Source of the DNA: Candidatus Parcubacteria bacterium
GTDB lineage: Bacteria > Patescibacteriota > Patescibacteriia > Patescibacteriales > UBA12465
Reading direction: 5' to 3'
NCBI GenBank assembly: GCA_023444045.1
Contig: JAEZRQ010000005.1
Coordinates: 101,726 to 165,725 of the forward strand
DNA length: 64,000 bases
A model generated the notes under the pieces. That model ran no database searches and had not been told where the DNA came from. It saw only the letters and a program-made list of their open reading frames with translations. Shown piece after piece: positions 18,776 to 28,267 of this stretch. A program made the position numbers and the translations under genes. How positions within the stretch are numbered: the stretch's first letter is position 1; each line of letters begins with the position of its first letter.

Positions 18776-19789
18776 TTATTTAATAAATTTTTTTAAATAT
18801 ATTGCTAGGTCAACTAAACGATTAGAATAACCCCATTCATTATCATACCAAGCGACTACTTTCAGTAAATCACCACCAACTAGCGCTAAAGACTTTAAAT
18901 CAACAATTGAACTATGGGGATTGCCTACAATATCACTTGAAACTAACTCTTCATCACTGGCCTCTAAAATTCCTTTTAATTTACCCTTTGCGGCTTTAAT
19001 AAATTCTGCTCTAACTGCCTCAATGGTAGTTTTTTTATTTAACAAATAAGTCACATCGCAAAGTGAACCAACTGGCACCGGTACCCGAATAGCCATCCCA
19101 TCAAACTTCCCCTTTAAAGCAGGGATGGTTTCCGCCACTGCGACCGCTGCACCAGTAGTAGTTGGTACAATGTTAGTAGCTGCTGCCCGAGCTCTTCTTA
19201 AATCCTTATGTGGCCCGTCAACTAAATTTTGGTCAGCGGTGTAAGCATGGACAGTGGACATTAAAGCTTTTTTAATCCCAAATTTATCTTTAATCACCAT
19301 AGTTGCCGGTGCTAAACAGTTGGTAGTACATGAAGCGCAAGAGATAATATCATCATTTTTATTTATCTTTTCCTCATTAACGCCCAAAACGATAGTCTTG
19401 CACTCTTTTCCGGGAGCAGAAATGATAACTTTCTTAGCACCTGACTGAAGGTGGATACTAGCATCTTCTTTACCACGGAAGCGACCAGTACATTCTAAAA
19501 CAATATCCACTTTTAGTTTTTTCCAGGGCAAGAGTGATGGATCTTTTTGTGAAAAAACTGGATATTTCTTACCAGCAATAACTAAAGAATCTTTCGTATA
19601 AGTAATTTTCTTAGTATATTTACCATAACAAGAATCATATTGCATTAACTGAGCTAGAGTCGCGGTATCAGTTAAATCATTGATAGCCACCACATTGACA
19701 TTAGGGTATTTGTCTAAAATAATTTTAAAGGAAGCGCGGCCAATACGGCCAAAACCATTAATCGCTAGGTTGATTTTTTTGTTAAACAT
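18776..19789 (-). CDS. gap: glyceraldehyde-3-phosphate dehydrogenase
   Basis: INGFGRIGR and ASCTTNCLAP. Start moved to ATG at 19789 (MFNKKINLAINGFGRIGR); the 24-codon upstream extension is AT-rich read-through. Confidence 0.93.
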   Translation of the reverse strand: MFNKKINLAINGFGRIGRASFKIILDKYPNVNVVAINDLTDTATLAQLMQYDSCYGKYTKKITYTKDSLVIAGKKYPVFSQKDPSLLPWKKLKVDIVLECTGRFRGKEDASIHLQSGAKKVIISAPGKECKTIVLGVNEEKINKNDDIISCASCTTNCLAPATMVIKDKFGIKKALMSTVHAYTADQNLVDGPHKDLRRARAAATNIVPTTTGAAVAVAETIPALKGKFDGMAIRVPVPVGSLCDVTYLLNKKTTIEAVRAEFIKAAKGKLKGILEASDEELVSSDIVGNPHSSIVDLKSLALVGGDLLKVVAWYDNEWGYSNRLVDLAIYLKKFIK

Positions 19790-19829
19790 AATAAATAAAA
19801 TAATTATAAATACTAAGTAATTATAACAT

Positions 19830-19838
19830 AGATAAAAA
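19830..19838 (-). promoter_or_regulatory. extended -10 promoter element for the gap-hydA unit
   Basis: Minus strand TGTTATAAT, about 40 nt upstream of the gap ATG and just downstream of the preceding terminator hairpin. Confidence 0.4.
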
Positions 19839-19864
19839 TTAAAGAAAAACCGAAAAGCCAAATA

Positions 19865-19889
19865 AAAACTGCTAGTATTTAGCAGTTTT
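19865..19889 (-). terminator. intrinsic terminator after the PSP1/RicT-like gene
   Basis: AAAACTGCTA / TAGCAGTTTT stem with a 5-nt loop, T-rich tail on the minus strand. Confidence 0.6.
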
Positions 19890-19901
19890 TTACAAATATA
19901 T

Positions 19902-20759
19902 TTACTTAGTATGATCTTCTGGGTGCTTATCTTTATTCTTCTTTTGGTGTCTATTTAAATCCACTTCTAAGACAAAATCTCTTTCCCCTTCTTTAGCTCC
20001 TGGGAATTTAACATCAACCGATTGCTTAAGGATGTGATGACCTACAACCACACCACGGTTACCATCAACATTAACTCTAGTACCAATTGGTGGTAATTTA
20101 GCGGCCATATCTTTATAACCCTCATATTCAAATGATAAGCAGCACATTAAGCGACCGCACATTCCCGAAATCCTCTCAGAACCGCGGTGCACTACTTGTT
20201 GCGCTTCGGCCATATCAGAAGTGATTGAGAAAAAATCTCTAATATGCCCCTTGCAGCATAAAGGCTTACCACAAGAACCACAGTCACCGCTAAATCTCGC
20301 CTCATCTCTGGTGCCAATTTGCGTTAGACGAATCTGAGCATTAAAGTGAGAAGTTAAGTCTTTGACTAAATCACGAAAATCAACCCGACCATCAGCAATA
20401 AAGGCAAAATTAAGACGATTCCCAGAAAAAGAAAAAACAGCATCAATTAATTTAATATCTAAATCTCTTTTTAAGGCAAAGTCGCGACAAACTTCTAAGG
20501 CTTCATTCTTTCTATCTAAATCAGTTACTCTAATAATATCATTTTGACTAGCCAGTCTTTTAATTGTTTTAAGGGCCTTTTCCCTACCTTCTAACTCATC
20601 TTCCCTAGGTTCTCTATTTTCCAATAAAACAACCTTACCTAATTCTTCGCCAAGTTCTGTTTCCACAATTACATAATCACCTTTTTTTACTAAAAAATCT
20701 GTAGCATTAAAATTATAAACTTTATCCCAGGGGGCAAATTGAACTTGTGCAATTGTCAT
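19902..20759 (-). CDS. PSP1-domain protein (YaaT/RicT-like)
   Basis: N-terminus QVQFAPWDKVYNF... and the Cys-rich CGSCGKPLCC ... GMCGRLMCCL signature of PSP1/YaaT proteins. Confidence 0.8.
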   Translation of the reverse strand: MTIAQVQFAPWDKVYNFNATDFLVKKGDYVIVETELGEELGKVVLLENREPREDELEGREKALKTIKRLASQNDIIRVTDLDRKNEALEVCRDFALKRDLDIKLIDAVFSFSGNRLNFAFIADGRVDFRDLVKDLTSHFNAQIRLTQIGTRDEARFSGDCGSCGKPLCCKGHIRDFFSITSDMAEAQQVVHRGSERISGMCGRLMCCLSFEYEGYKDMAAKLPPIGTRVNVDGNRGVVVGHHILKQSVDVKFPGAKEGERDFVLEVDLNRHQKKNKDKHPEDHTK

Positions 20760-20831
20760 AATAAAAACAAATCCCGAATTAAGATTTTAAAGAAACCTTT
20801 AAAAAATCAACCCGGGATTAAAGTGTGTAAT

Positions 20832-21626
20832 TTAAAGGCTAAATCTGACAAACTTAGTGATATTTACGCCACCTAAAATATCTTTCACTTTCTTCTTGTC
20901 ATCCTTAATATACTCCTGTTCAGTTAAACAGACTTCACTATAGTATTTACCCATCTTACCTTCTAAAATTTTATCTACCATTTCTGCCGGCTTGCCTTCT
21001 TTAAGTAATAATTCGCGGGCAATCTCTTTTTCTTTATCTAATTCTTCAGTACTAACTTCAGCTGGCACTAAATATTTAGGGTTAGCCGCTGCTACCTGCA
21101 TTGCAATATCCATTGCTAAATCAGATTTAGCTGTTTGATCAAGAGCTACTAAAACCCCCATGCGTCCCCCTAAGTGAGAATAAGCAGCCACTGACTCACC
21201 ACTAACAATAGCTAAACGCTTGATAGCTAATTTTTCTCCAATTACCCCGGAAAGATTTTCTAAAGTTTCTTGAACGTTAGAAGATTCATATGGTAGAGCT
21301 AATAATTCTTCCAAAGAAGCTGGTTTATTATTTTTAATAATATCTAAAACATTCTTACCAAATTCTTGAAACTTTTCATTGCGAGAAACAAAGTCGGTTT
21401 CAGAGTTAACCTCAACCATATAAGCTTCAGTAGCCTCACTATTAGTACCAACAATAATAATACCTTCATTAGTTTCTCGGTCGGTTCTCTTAGCAGCTTT
21501 AGCAATTCCTTTTTTTCTTAAAATTTCTACTGCTTTTTCTAAATCACCACCAGCTTCATCAAGCGCTTTTTTACAATCAACCATCCCAGCGCCGGTCATT
21601 TCACGAAGTTGTTTGATATTTTCCAT
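20832..21626 (-). CDS. tsf: elongation factor Ts
   Basis: LREMTGAGMVDCKKALDEAGGDLEKAVEILRKKG UBA-like N-terminus; located downstream of rpsB. Confidence 0.93.
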   Translation of the reverse strand: MENIKQLREMTGAGMVDCKKALDEAGGDLEKAVEILRKKGIAKAAKRTDRETNEGIIIVGTNSEATEAYMVEVNSETDFVSRNEKFQEFGKNVLDIIKNNKPASLEELLALPYESSNVQETLENLSGVIGEKLAIKRLAIVSGESVAAYSHLGGRMGVLVALDQTAKSDLAMDIAMQVAAANPKYLVPAEVSTEELDKEKEIARELLLKEGKPAEMVDKILEGKMGKYYSEVCLTEQEYIKDDKKKVKDILGGVNITKFVRFSL

Positions 21627-21661
21627 ATTGTTACAAGTAAATTAATATTTAGAGAAATAAA

Positions 21662-22369
21662 TTATTTAACCTCACTATTTTTAACGTTTTTCTTAGCATC
21701 TAAGATAACATTCTTGATAGTTTCCATCAGTAAGGCAATAGTCTTAGTAGCATCATCGTTAGCAGGAATTGGGTAATTTACCATTTCTGGATTAACATTA
21801 GTGTCGCAAATAGCAATAATTGGTATATTCTTGGTTCTAGCTTCAATGATAGCAGTTTCCTCTTCCTTAATATCCCAAACGAACAAAGCGTCTGGTAATT
21901 TATTAAGAGCAGTTAAACCGCCAACTCTTTCTTCTAATTTTTTTATTTCACGATCAAAATCTAATCTTTCTTTTTTGGTATACTTTTCTAGCTTACCACT
22001 ATTTTTCGCTTCTACTAATTCTTTATATTTTTGAACAGATTTTTTAACAACTGCAAAGTTGGTTAAATAACCGCCTAACCATTTGCCAACGATATAAGGC
22101 ATACCGGTAGCTTCGGCCATTTTTTTCATCCCAGCCTTAACTTGATTTTTAGTACCAACAAATAAAACACTTTTGCCTTCAGACACTAAACCGCTGATAA
22201 ATTCCATGGCTTCCGCTAATTTTTCACGGCTCTTATTTAAATCAATAATATAAACCCCTTTTTTATCAGTATAAATAAAAGGTTTCATTTTTGGGTGCCA
22301 ACGATTAGTGCGATGACCAAAGTGCATCCCTGCTTTTAACATTTCTTCTACGCTTGGTAAATTAACCAT
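21662..22369 (-). CDS. rpsB: 30S ribosomal protein S2
   Basis: MLKAGMHFGHRTNRWHPKM and FVGTK motifs. Confidence 0.97.
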   Translation of the reverse strand: MVNLPSVEEMLKAGMHFGHRTNRWHPKMKPFIYTDKKGVYIIDLNKSREKLAEAMEFISGLVSEGKSVLFVGTKNQVKAGMKKMAEATGMPYIVGKWLGGYLTNFAVVKKSVQKYKELVEAKNSGKLEKYTKKERLDFDREIKKLEERVGGLTALNKLPDALFVWDIKEEETAIIEARTKNIPIIAICDTNVNPEMVNYPIPANDDATKTIALLMETIKNVILDAKKNVKNSEVK

Positions 22370-22523
22370 ACATTTTTTTCTTTTATCCCCCTCTAAATAA
22401 GGGAGCGTCCACCCTGTCAGTCTTTTTTAAAACAAAAAAGACAAGAAAATTAATCAAGGTGTGATAATTTATTAAATATTAAATAAAAATAGGTGGAATT
22501 AAACTAAAATTCACCTGTCCTTA

Positions 22524-22552
22524 ATAATAGCTTAGAAAAATAGAAATGTCAA
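22524..22552 (-). promoter_or_regulatory. sigma70-like promoter for rpsB-tsf
   Basis: Minus strand TTGACA (22552-22547), 17 nt spacer, TATTAT (22529-22524). Gives a leader of about 150 nt. Confidence 0.6.
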
Positions 22553-22561
22553 TAAATCAGC

Positions 22562-24028
22562 TTATTTTTGGTATAAATTAGCCATCCCCTGGTTATATTC
22601 AGCAACTAACTGATTAAAATTAGCAACCTCCTCTCTATAGACAGCCAAATCGGCATTATATTGATTGACCTTCTCATTATAGGCAGCCACTAAATTATTA
22701 TAAGCGGTAATGTTGCCCGAATTCTTGTAAATAGATAGCTGTTCTTGATCAACTAGCAAAGATGCTTGCTGCACATCTAAATTACTTTCTTTTTGCTCTA
22801 AAATTGGTTTTTGGGTGCTAATTGATTTTTCAAGAACCTGAAGACTTTCCACGATTTTTTTAGTCTTCTCTACTCCTTGATAAATTAAACCGTTGGTTTT
22901 TTGAAAAATCTCCATCTTACCAACTCCTTGAGTGCTAAAAAGATTATCTAAATTGTTACTATCTACCACCGCGACTCCACCAGAAAGAGATGGCGGAATA
23001 ACACCAATCGGAAAATAATCTGTCGTCTCTATATAACAATAACCAGAATTATTAACCGAATCCGCTAAAGGACAAGCAACCCCGGCCGCTGAATGGTTGG
23101 CCTCGGGAAAATCTAAAATAGCGGCTCCGTAGCCAAGCTCTCTTAAAATAGAAACAGCTAGAAAAGTCTTATCTGAACAAATACCAGAATTTTTATAAAT
23201 CGTCTCATACGGATAATTTGGCTTCATTGGACTTTCATTTAACTTATCATGATCATAAGGAATGTACTGGACAAGAGCTAAAAGAAATTCAGCCGTCTGG
23301 TCTTGAGACCAAGATTTTTGGCTAGCCACCCCTCTAGCATAAGAGACTAGATCTTTAACTAAAGTATCCCCACTTTTTTTAACAAAAAAGAGATCATAAA
23401 ACTTTTCCCGAGCAGCATTATCACTTAGATTGTTTGTGTAATAAAATGTTTTTTGGGCATTAACGTAAGCCGAATACAAATTGCTTTTCAGATTAAGGTT
23501 GAGATTAAAATTTTCCAAAGAATAATGCCAAGCTAAATTACGAGAATAATCATCTGAGCCAGTAACACTACTTGTTGCTGGAGTACTTAAATTGGCAATC
23601 GCAATCTGATTTAAATCACTGTTAGTAATTCCTAAACCTTGAGACCTTAAAAGCTGCCAAGCATCAAGCGGACGGCCAAGATAATGCCAACGCTGATTAA
23701 AATCAACATAGTAAGCCTCGCCATGACTTTCTGGCCTTAAATAGAGGCCACCCTTTGCCCAGGCTGGTGCCCCTTTACTCCAAGAGGCAAACTCCTTCTC
23801 AGAAATACCTAAGCTAAGACGACGCATGACATTATAAGCGTCATCTGGCCTGCCAAGATAATATCTTTTTTGATCTTTAGGATTAACATACCAAGCCTCG
23901 CCCCTACTCTCAACTTGCAGTAAGATGCGGCCAGATAGCCTAGTAGATAAGGATACGGCCTGAACTGGAACAACAAAAAAAGATTGAACAATAAATAAGA
24001 ATAATAAAATTTTTACTTGAACTTTCAT
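22562..24028 (-). CDS. secreted protein: two N-terminal repeats, transglutaminase-like Cys-protease core, C-terminal coiled coil
   Basis: Signal peptide; repeat GEAWYVNPKDQKRYYLGRPDDAYNVM...LGISEKEF / GEAYYVDFNQRWHYLGRPLDAWQLL...LGITNSDL; GICSDKTF...NHSAAGV core; Q/N/E-rich heptad-like tail. Confidence 0.6.
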   Translation of the reverse strand: MKVQVKILLFLFIVQSFFVVPVQAVSLSTRLSGRILLQVESRGEAWYVNPKDQKRYYLGRPDDAYNVMRRLSLGISEKEFASWSKGAPAWAKGGLYLRPESHGEAYYVDFNQRWHYLGRPLDAWQLLRSQGLGITNSDLNQIAIANLSTPATSSVTGSDDYSRNLAWHYSLENFNLNLNLKSNLYSAYVNAQKTFYYTNNLSDNAAREKFYDLFFVKKSGDTLVKDLVSYARGVASQKSWSQDQTAEFLLALVQYIPYDHDKLNESPMKPNYPYETIYKNSGICSDKTFLAVSILRELGYGAAILDFPEANHSAAGVACPLADSVNNSGYCYIETTDYFPIGVIPPSLSGGVAVVDSNNLDNLFSTQGVGKMEIFQKTNGLIYQGVEKTKKIVESLQVLEKSISTQKPILEQKESNLDVQQASLLVDQEQLSIYKNSGNITAYNNLVAAYNEKVNQYNADLAVYREEVANFNQLVAEYNQGMANLYQK

Positions 24029-24084
24029 TTTTTTAGAGGATAAAAAAATCCTCTTTAGTTTGCGCCAAAGAGGATTAAAATATT

Positions 24085-24681
24085 CTAGTCTTTAAGATTC
24101 TCTAGAGCAAACTCCCAATTTATCAAGTTATCGATTAGACTGCCGACATAATCAGCGCGACGATTTTGATAATCAAGATAGTAAGAGTGTTCCCAAATAT
24201 CAATAGCAACCAGAGGTTTTTGTCCATGAACAATTGGGGTATCAGCGTTAGCAGTTTTTACTATTTTTAGTTGTGAGTCCTCTTTGACGAGCCAGGCCCA
24301 ACCACTACCAAATTGCGAAAGTGCCGCCCCTTTTAATTCTTCAATCATCTTCTCCCAAGAACCAAAAGAATGAATTACAGCATTTTTAAGTTCTACCGGC
24401 ACAAAACTCTCTTGCCTTACTGGCCTCAAAGATTTCCAGAAGAAATCATGGTTATAAACTTGTGCGGCATTATTAAAGATAGCCTCTTTCCCTTCTCGGC
24501 CGGCTGTCTTTAAAATTAGACCCTCAAGAGAATCCTTTTCCATTGGCGTTCCTTCCGTTAACTTATTCAGATTATCAACATAGGTCTGATGATGCTTGCC
24601 ATAATGGAACTCTAAGGTCTTAGCCGAAATGTGCGGCTCTAAATCATTATTTTCAAATGGTAAGGTAGTTAAAGTAAACAT
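24085..24681 (-). CDS. sodA: Fe/Mn superoxide dismutase
   Basis: FHYGKHHQTYV and DIWEHSYYLDYQNRR metal-ligand motifs. Confidence 0.93.
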   Translation of the reverse strand: MFTLTTLPFENNDLEPHISAKTLEFHYGKHHQTYVDNLNKLTEGTPMEKDSLEGLILKTAGREGKEAIFNNAAQVYNHDFFWKSLRPVRQESFVPVELKNAVIHSFGSWEKMIEELKGAALSQFGSGWAWLVKEDSQLKIVKTANADTPIVHGQKPLVAIDIWEHSYYLDYQNRRADYVGSLIDNLINWEFALENLKD

Positions 24682-24779
24682 AAATATATAAATTAATTAT
24701 TAATTTTGACTTTTACTAGTATAGCAAATTACCAGTAAAATTAAAAATCATTAAAATAAAAAGCCCTAATATTAGGCTT

Positions 24780-25796
24780 TTATTTATTTTTCTTCATTTT
24801 TGCCGCTAATTGTCCACAAGCCGCTTCAATTTCCCCGCCGTAAGAATGACGGACAGTCACACTAACCCCAGCCTCAGTTAGCAACTTCTTAAACTTATTG
24901 ATTCTCTCTGGACTGGAAGCTTGAAAACGACCGGTCGGATTATAAGGAATCAGATTTACCATATACAACGGTTTTTTCATAATCCCCGCTAGTAATTTGG
25001 CATCATTTTCACTATCGTTGACATCTTTAATCATTAAATATTCAAACATTACTCGTCTGCCGGATTTTCTAATATATTCATCAACTGCGGCCAGAAGTTT
25101 CTCTAGTGGGTACTTATTAGCAATTGGCATATAGCGGCGCCGAGACAGATCAGTAGCAAAGTGCAAGGAAACAGCTAAATTAAACTGCATCTTTTCTCCC
25201 CCAATTTTAGCAATCGCTTCAGCAATGCCGGCGGTAGAAACTGATAAACGACGGGCTCCAAAATTAAAAGTTTCCGGGTCATTCAACCATTTTAAAGCTT
25301 TAAGGACTTCATCATAATTTAGAAATGGTTCACCCATGCCCATAAAAACAATATTATCAACTTTCTCACCCTTAGCTTCTTTTTTGAGTTCTCGCATGAA
25401 AAGTAGAACTTGCTCCACAATCTCCTGCGCTGTTAGATTGCGGCTGAAACCTAATTGACCAGTAGCACAAAAGGCACAAGCCAGTGGACAGCCAACTTGA
25501 GAGGAAACGCAAACCGTATTGCGGCCATCTTTTTGCCTAATCAAGACGGTCTCTATTTCCAGGCCATCAGCTAGTGTAATTAAGGCTTTCTTAGTCGCCT
25601 CCGTTCCGGAAACTGAAACAATATTTGCTTTAATTTCTAAAGGACAGACCTGACTTAGCTTTTCTCTTAAATCCTTAGGTAAATTAGAAGCTAAAGACCA
25701 ATCATCAATTAAGTCAATGAAAACAGCCTGATCAACCTGCTTGTGTCTAAATTTTGGCTCACTAACAATCGTTTTGTGTAAAATTGATAAATCCAT
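24780..25796 (-). CDS. rlmN: 23S rRNA/tRNA adenine-C2 methyltransferase, radical SAM
   Basis: GCPLACAFCATG radical-SAM motif and C-terminal AACGQL. Confidence 0.92.
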   Translation of the reverse strand: MDLSILHKTIVSEPKFRHKQVDQAVFIDLIDDWSLASNLPKDLREKLSQVCPLEIKANIVSVSGTEATKKALITLADGLEIETVLIRQKDGRNTVCVSSQVGCPLACAFCATGQLGFSRNLTAQEIVEQVLLFMRELKKEAKGEKVDNIVFMGMGEPFLNYDEVLKALKWLNDPETFNFGARRLSVSTAGIAEAIAKIGGEKMQFNLAVSLHFATDLSRRRYMPIANKYPLEKLLAAVDEYIRKSGRRVMFEYLMIKDVNDSENDAKLLAGIMKKPLYMVNLIPYNPTGRFQASSPERINKFKKLLTEAGVSVTVRHSYGGEIEAACGQLAAKMKKNK

Positions 25797-25817
25797 AGGT
25801 CTTTAAACTAACACGAA

Positions 25818-26921
25818 TTATTTTTTTCGTAAAGTAATTTCAATAATCTCTGATCTGGTTCCCAACCTCATTGGCGGCCCCCAGGTGCCAACACCGGCAG
25901 TCACGCAAAGAGTATAATCGCCACGACGATATAGTCCATGACTGTGGTTATGATAATAATATCTAGAAAGAAAATTAAAAGGAAACATTTGTCCGCCATG
26001 AGTATGGCCAGATAACTGTAAATCAATGCCCAGCCCTTGTGACTTAAGAGTGTCTTTAGGCTCGTGAAAAAGTAAAATAGAAGGTTCATCAGCCCGATAA
26101 CCAGATTGAGAAAGGATTTCCCTATTTAGATCAAAATTACGATCAGGATTAAAATTTAAACCAATAATTTGTACTCCTTCTTTTTTTAACAAACGATTAT
26201 CCAAAATAAAGACATCTTCAGTGCTTAGTAACTCTTTTACTCTTTCTGTGCCTAAAGTAAAATCATGATTACCAAAAGAATAATAAACACCCATAGGTGC
26301 TTTTAAATTATTTAATGGCTTTTTAATCCAAGAAAAATCTGCTTCTGAGCCATCAAATAAATCACCAGTAATAAAAATTGCTTCCGGTTCTAGTTCTTTG
26401 ATTTTTGAGGTAACCCGATGAAAAAAATTCTGCCTTAGAATTGGCCCCAAATGAACATCAGAAATATGAATTATCTTTTTATCACACCAAGTGGGTGGCA
26501 GATTATTAATAAAAACCGTTTCTTTTTTAACTAAAATACGATTAGCATTATAAAAGCTCTTAAGTGACAAGACAATGGTTAAAACCGCCAGAAGAATTTT
26601 AAATAAAAAAGCTGGGATATTAACAGCAAAGATGGAAAGTGCTAATGATGATAGAAATAAAAATAAAGCACTAAGACCAAAATTTAACAGTATTCCCAAC
26701 CAAGAGAAAGAAATTGTGTAATAGAAGCGAACAAACCAATTATCTTTTTTATTAACTGCCACAAAAGCAATAAAAGTAGAAATACTAAGCACTAAAAAAA
26801 CTGCCCCTAATATCAATCGGGCTAATAAGGAATTAATATTAAAAAAATAGACCACTAAATACCAAGCCAGAGCATTGCCGAAAATTAGAAAAAATAAGTT
26901 GGTATAAAAATACATGTCCAT
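25818..26921 (-). CDS. membrane-anchored metallophosphoesterase
   Basis: Four N-terminal TM segments, then ISDVHLG, GDLFD, GNHD and SGHTHGGQ calcineurin-like motifs. Confidence 0.8.
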   Translation of the reverse strand: MDMYFYTNLFFLIFGNALAWYLVVYFFNINSLLARLILGAVFLVLSISTFIAFVAVNKKDNWFVRFYYTISFSWLGILLNFGLSALFLFLSSLALSIFAVNIPAFLFKILLAVLTIVLSLKSFYNANRILVKKETVFINNLPPTWCDKKIIHISDVHLGPILRQNFFHRVTSKIKELEPEAIFITGDLFDGSEADFSWIKKPLNNLKAPMGVYYSFGNHDFTLGTERVKELLSTEDVFILDNRLLKKEGVQIIGLNFNPDRNFDLNREILSQSGYRADEPSILLFHEPKDTLKSQGLGIDLQLSGHTHGGQMFPFNFLSRYYYHNHSHGLYRRGDYTLCVTAGVGTWGPPMRLGTRSEIIEITLRKK

Positions 26922-26954
26922 AAAACAAAATAAGCGGGCCCAGAGGGCCCGCTT
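26922..26954 (-). terminator. intrinsic terminator after eno
   Basis: 10-bp GC-rich stem AAGCGGGCCC / GGGCCCGCTT with a 3-nt loop, then AUUUUGUUUU on the minus strand. Confidence 0.85.
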
Positions 26955-26963
26955 GGATAAAAT

Positions 26964-28253
26964 CTATTTAACTAAAAAAGGAAAAGCGGCATATTCCGAC
27001 TGACCCTCAAGTTCGTTTTCAATTTCAATCAAACGATTGTACTTAGCCGTTCTCTCGCTTCTGGCCGGAGCACCGGTTTTTATTTGGCCAGTCCCCATTG
27101 CCACCACTAAGTCAGCAATAAAGGTATCTTCGGTTTCACCGCTACGATGAGAAATAACAGCGGTCATGCCATTTTTATTAGCCTCAGTAATAGCCGCAAT
27201 AGTTTCAGTCAAAGTGCCAATTTGATTAAGCTTAATTAAGATAGAGTTGGTAGTCTTCTCACTAATTCCCCGTTCTAAGCGTTTGACATTAGTTACATAT
27301 AAATCATCGCCAACCACCTGAACTGCTCCACCAAAGGCATCGCTAAATTTTTTGAAACCAGTCCAATCATCTTCCGCTAACACATCCTCAAACGACTTAA
27401 TTGGGTGACGACCAGCTAAATCTTGATAAAAAGCAATCAGCTCATCAGTACTCATCGTTTTGTTTTCTTTATTTAAGTGATAAAGACCATCTTTAAAAAA
27501 TTCAGTGGCGGCCGCATCAATTCCAAAAACAACTTGCTCACCCAATTTATAACCGGAATTCTCTACCGCCTCTGTTAGTAAGTTGAAAGTTTCTTCGTTA
27601 GAGGAAACACTGGGAGCAAAACCACCCTCATCACCAACGCTAATACTATATTTTTTAGCCTTAAGAACTTTTTTTAGAGTTTGATAAATCTCGGCACACA
27701 TTCTAACTGCTTCACTGATTGATGTAGCCCCTACTGGCAAAATCATGTACTCCTGAATATCAGTTGCCCAATTAGCATGCTTACCACCATTTAAAACATT
27801 CATCATCGGCACTGGCATTTGGTATTTACCGGAAAAGTTAGGATTGAATTTAGAAAGATATTGGTAGAGTGGCACCCCTAAACCAAAAGCAGCTGCCTTA
27901 GCTACTGCCAAAGAAACACCCAAAATAGCATTAGCTCCTAAAACTGATTTATTCTCCGTGCCATCTAAAGCAATCATCTTATTATCAATCTCTGTTTGAC
28001 TAGAAGCATCTAAACCAATTAAAGCCGGGGCGATAGTGGTATTAATATTACTGACCGCTAAAAGCACGCCTTGTCCACCATAAACTTTAGCATCGCCATC
28101 CCTTAATTCCACCGCCTCATAACTACCAGTTGAAGCCCCACTAGGAACAGCCGCTGATCCAGTCGCACCGCCTTCTAAAGTAACTTTTACCGCCACTGTT
28201 GGAGTGCCGCGAGAGTCTAAAATTTGCCAAGCTTTAATTGTCTTTATTTTCAT
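26964..28253 (-). CDS. eno: enolase
   Basis: [35 protein letters not shown]. Start set to ATG at 28253 ([16 protein letters not shown]); the track ORF begins at an upstream TTG. Confidence 0.95.
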   Translation of the reverse strand: MKIKTIKAWQILDSRGTPTVAVKVTLEGGATGSAAVPSGASTGSYEAVELRDGDAKVYGGQGVLLAVSNINTTIAPALIGLDASSQTEIDNKMIALDGTENKSVLGANAILGVSLAVAKAAAFGLGVPLYQYLSKFNPNFSGKYQMPVPMMNVLNGGKHANWATDIQEYMILPVGATSISEAVRMCAEIYQTLKKVLKAKKYSISVGDEGGFAPSVSSNEETFNLLTEAVENSGYKLGEQVVFGIDAAATEFFKDGLYHLNKENKTMSTDELIAFYQDLAGRHPIKSFEDVLAEDDWTGFKKFSDAFGGAVQVVGDDLYVTNVKRLERGISEKTTNSILIKLNQIGTLTETIAAITEANKNGMTAVISHRSGETEDTFIADLVVAMGTGQIKTGAPARSERTAKYNRLIEIENELEGQSEYAAFPFLVK

Positions 28254-28267
28254 ATTTTTAAACAAAA

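Noticed and set aside
19790-19861. Upstream extensions of track ORFs. Affected genes: gap (19790-19861), mraZ (46579-46668), typA (62096-62134), rsmI (5515-5562), surface protein (32492-32539), eno (28254-28265), HD hydrolase (58877-58882).
   Set aside because: The extensions are AT-rich or promoter sequence, overlap neighbouring genes, or begin at a TTG. Conserved N-termini start at the internal ATGs.
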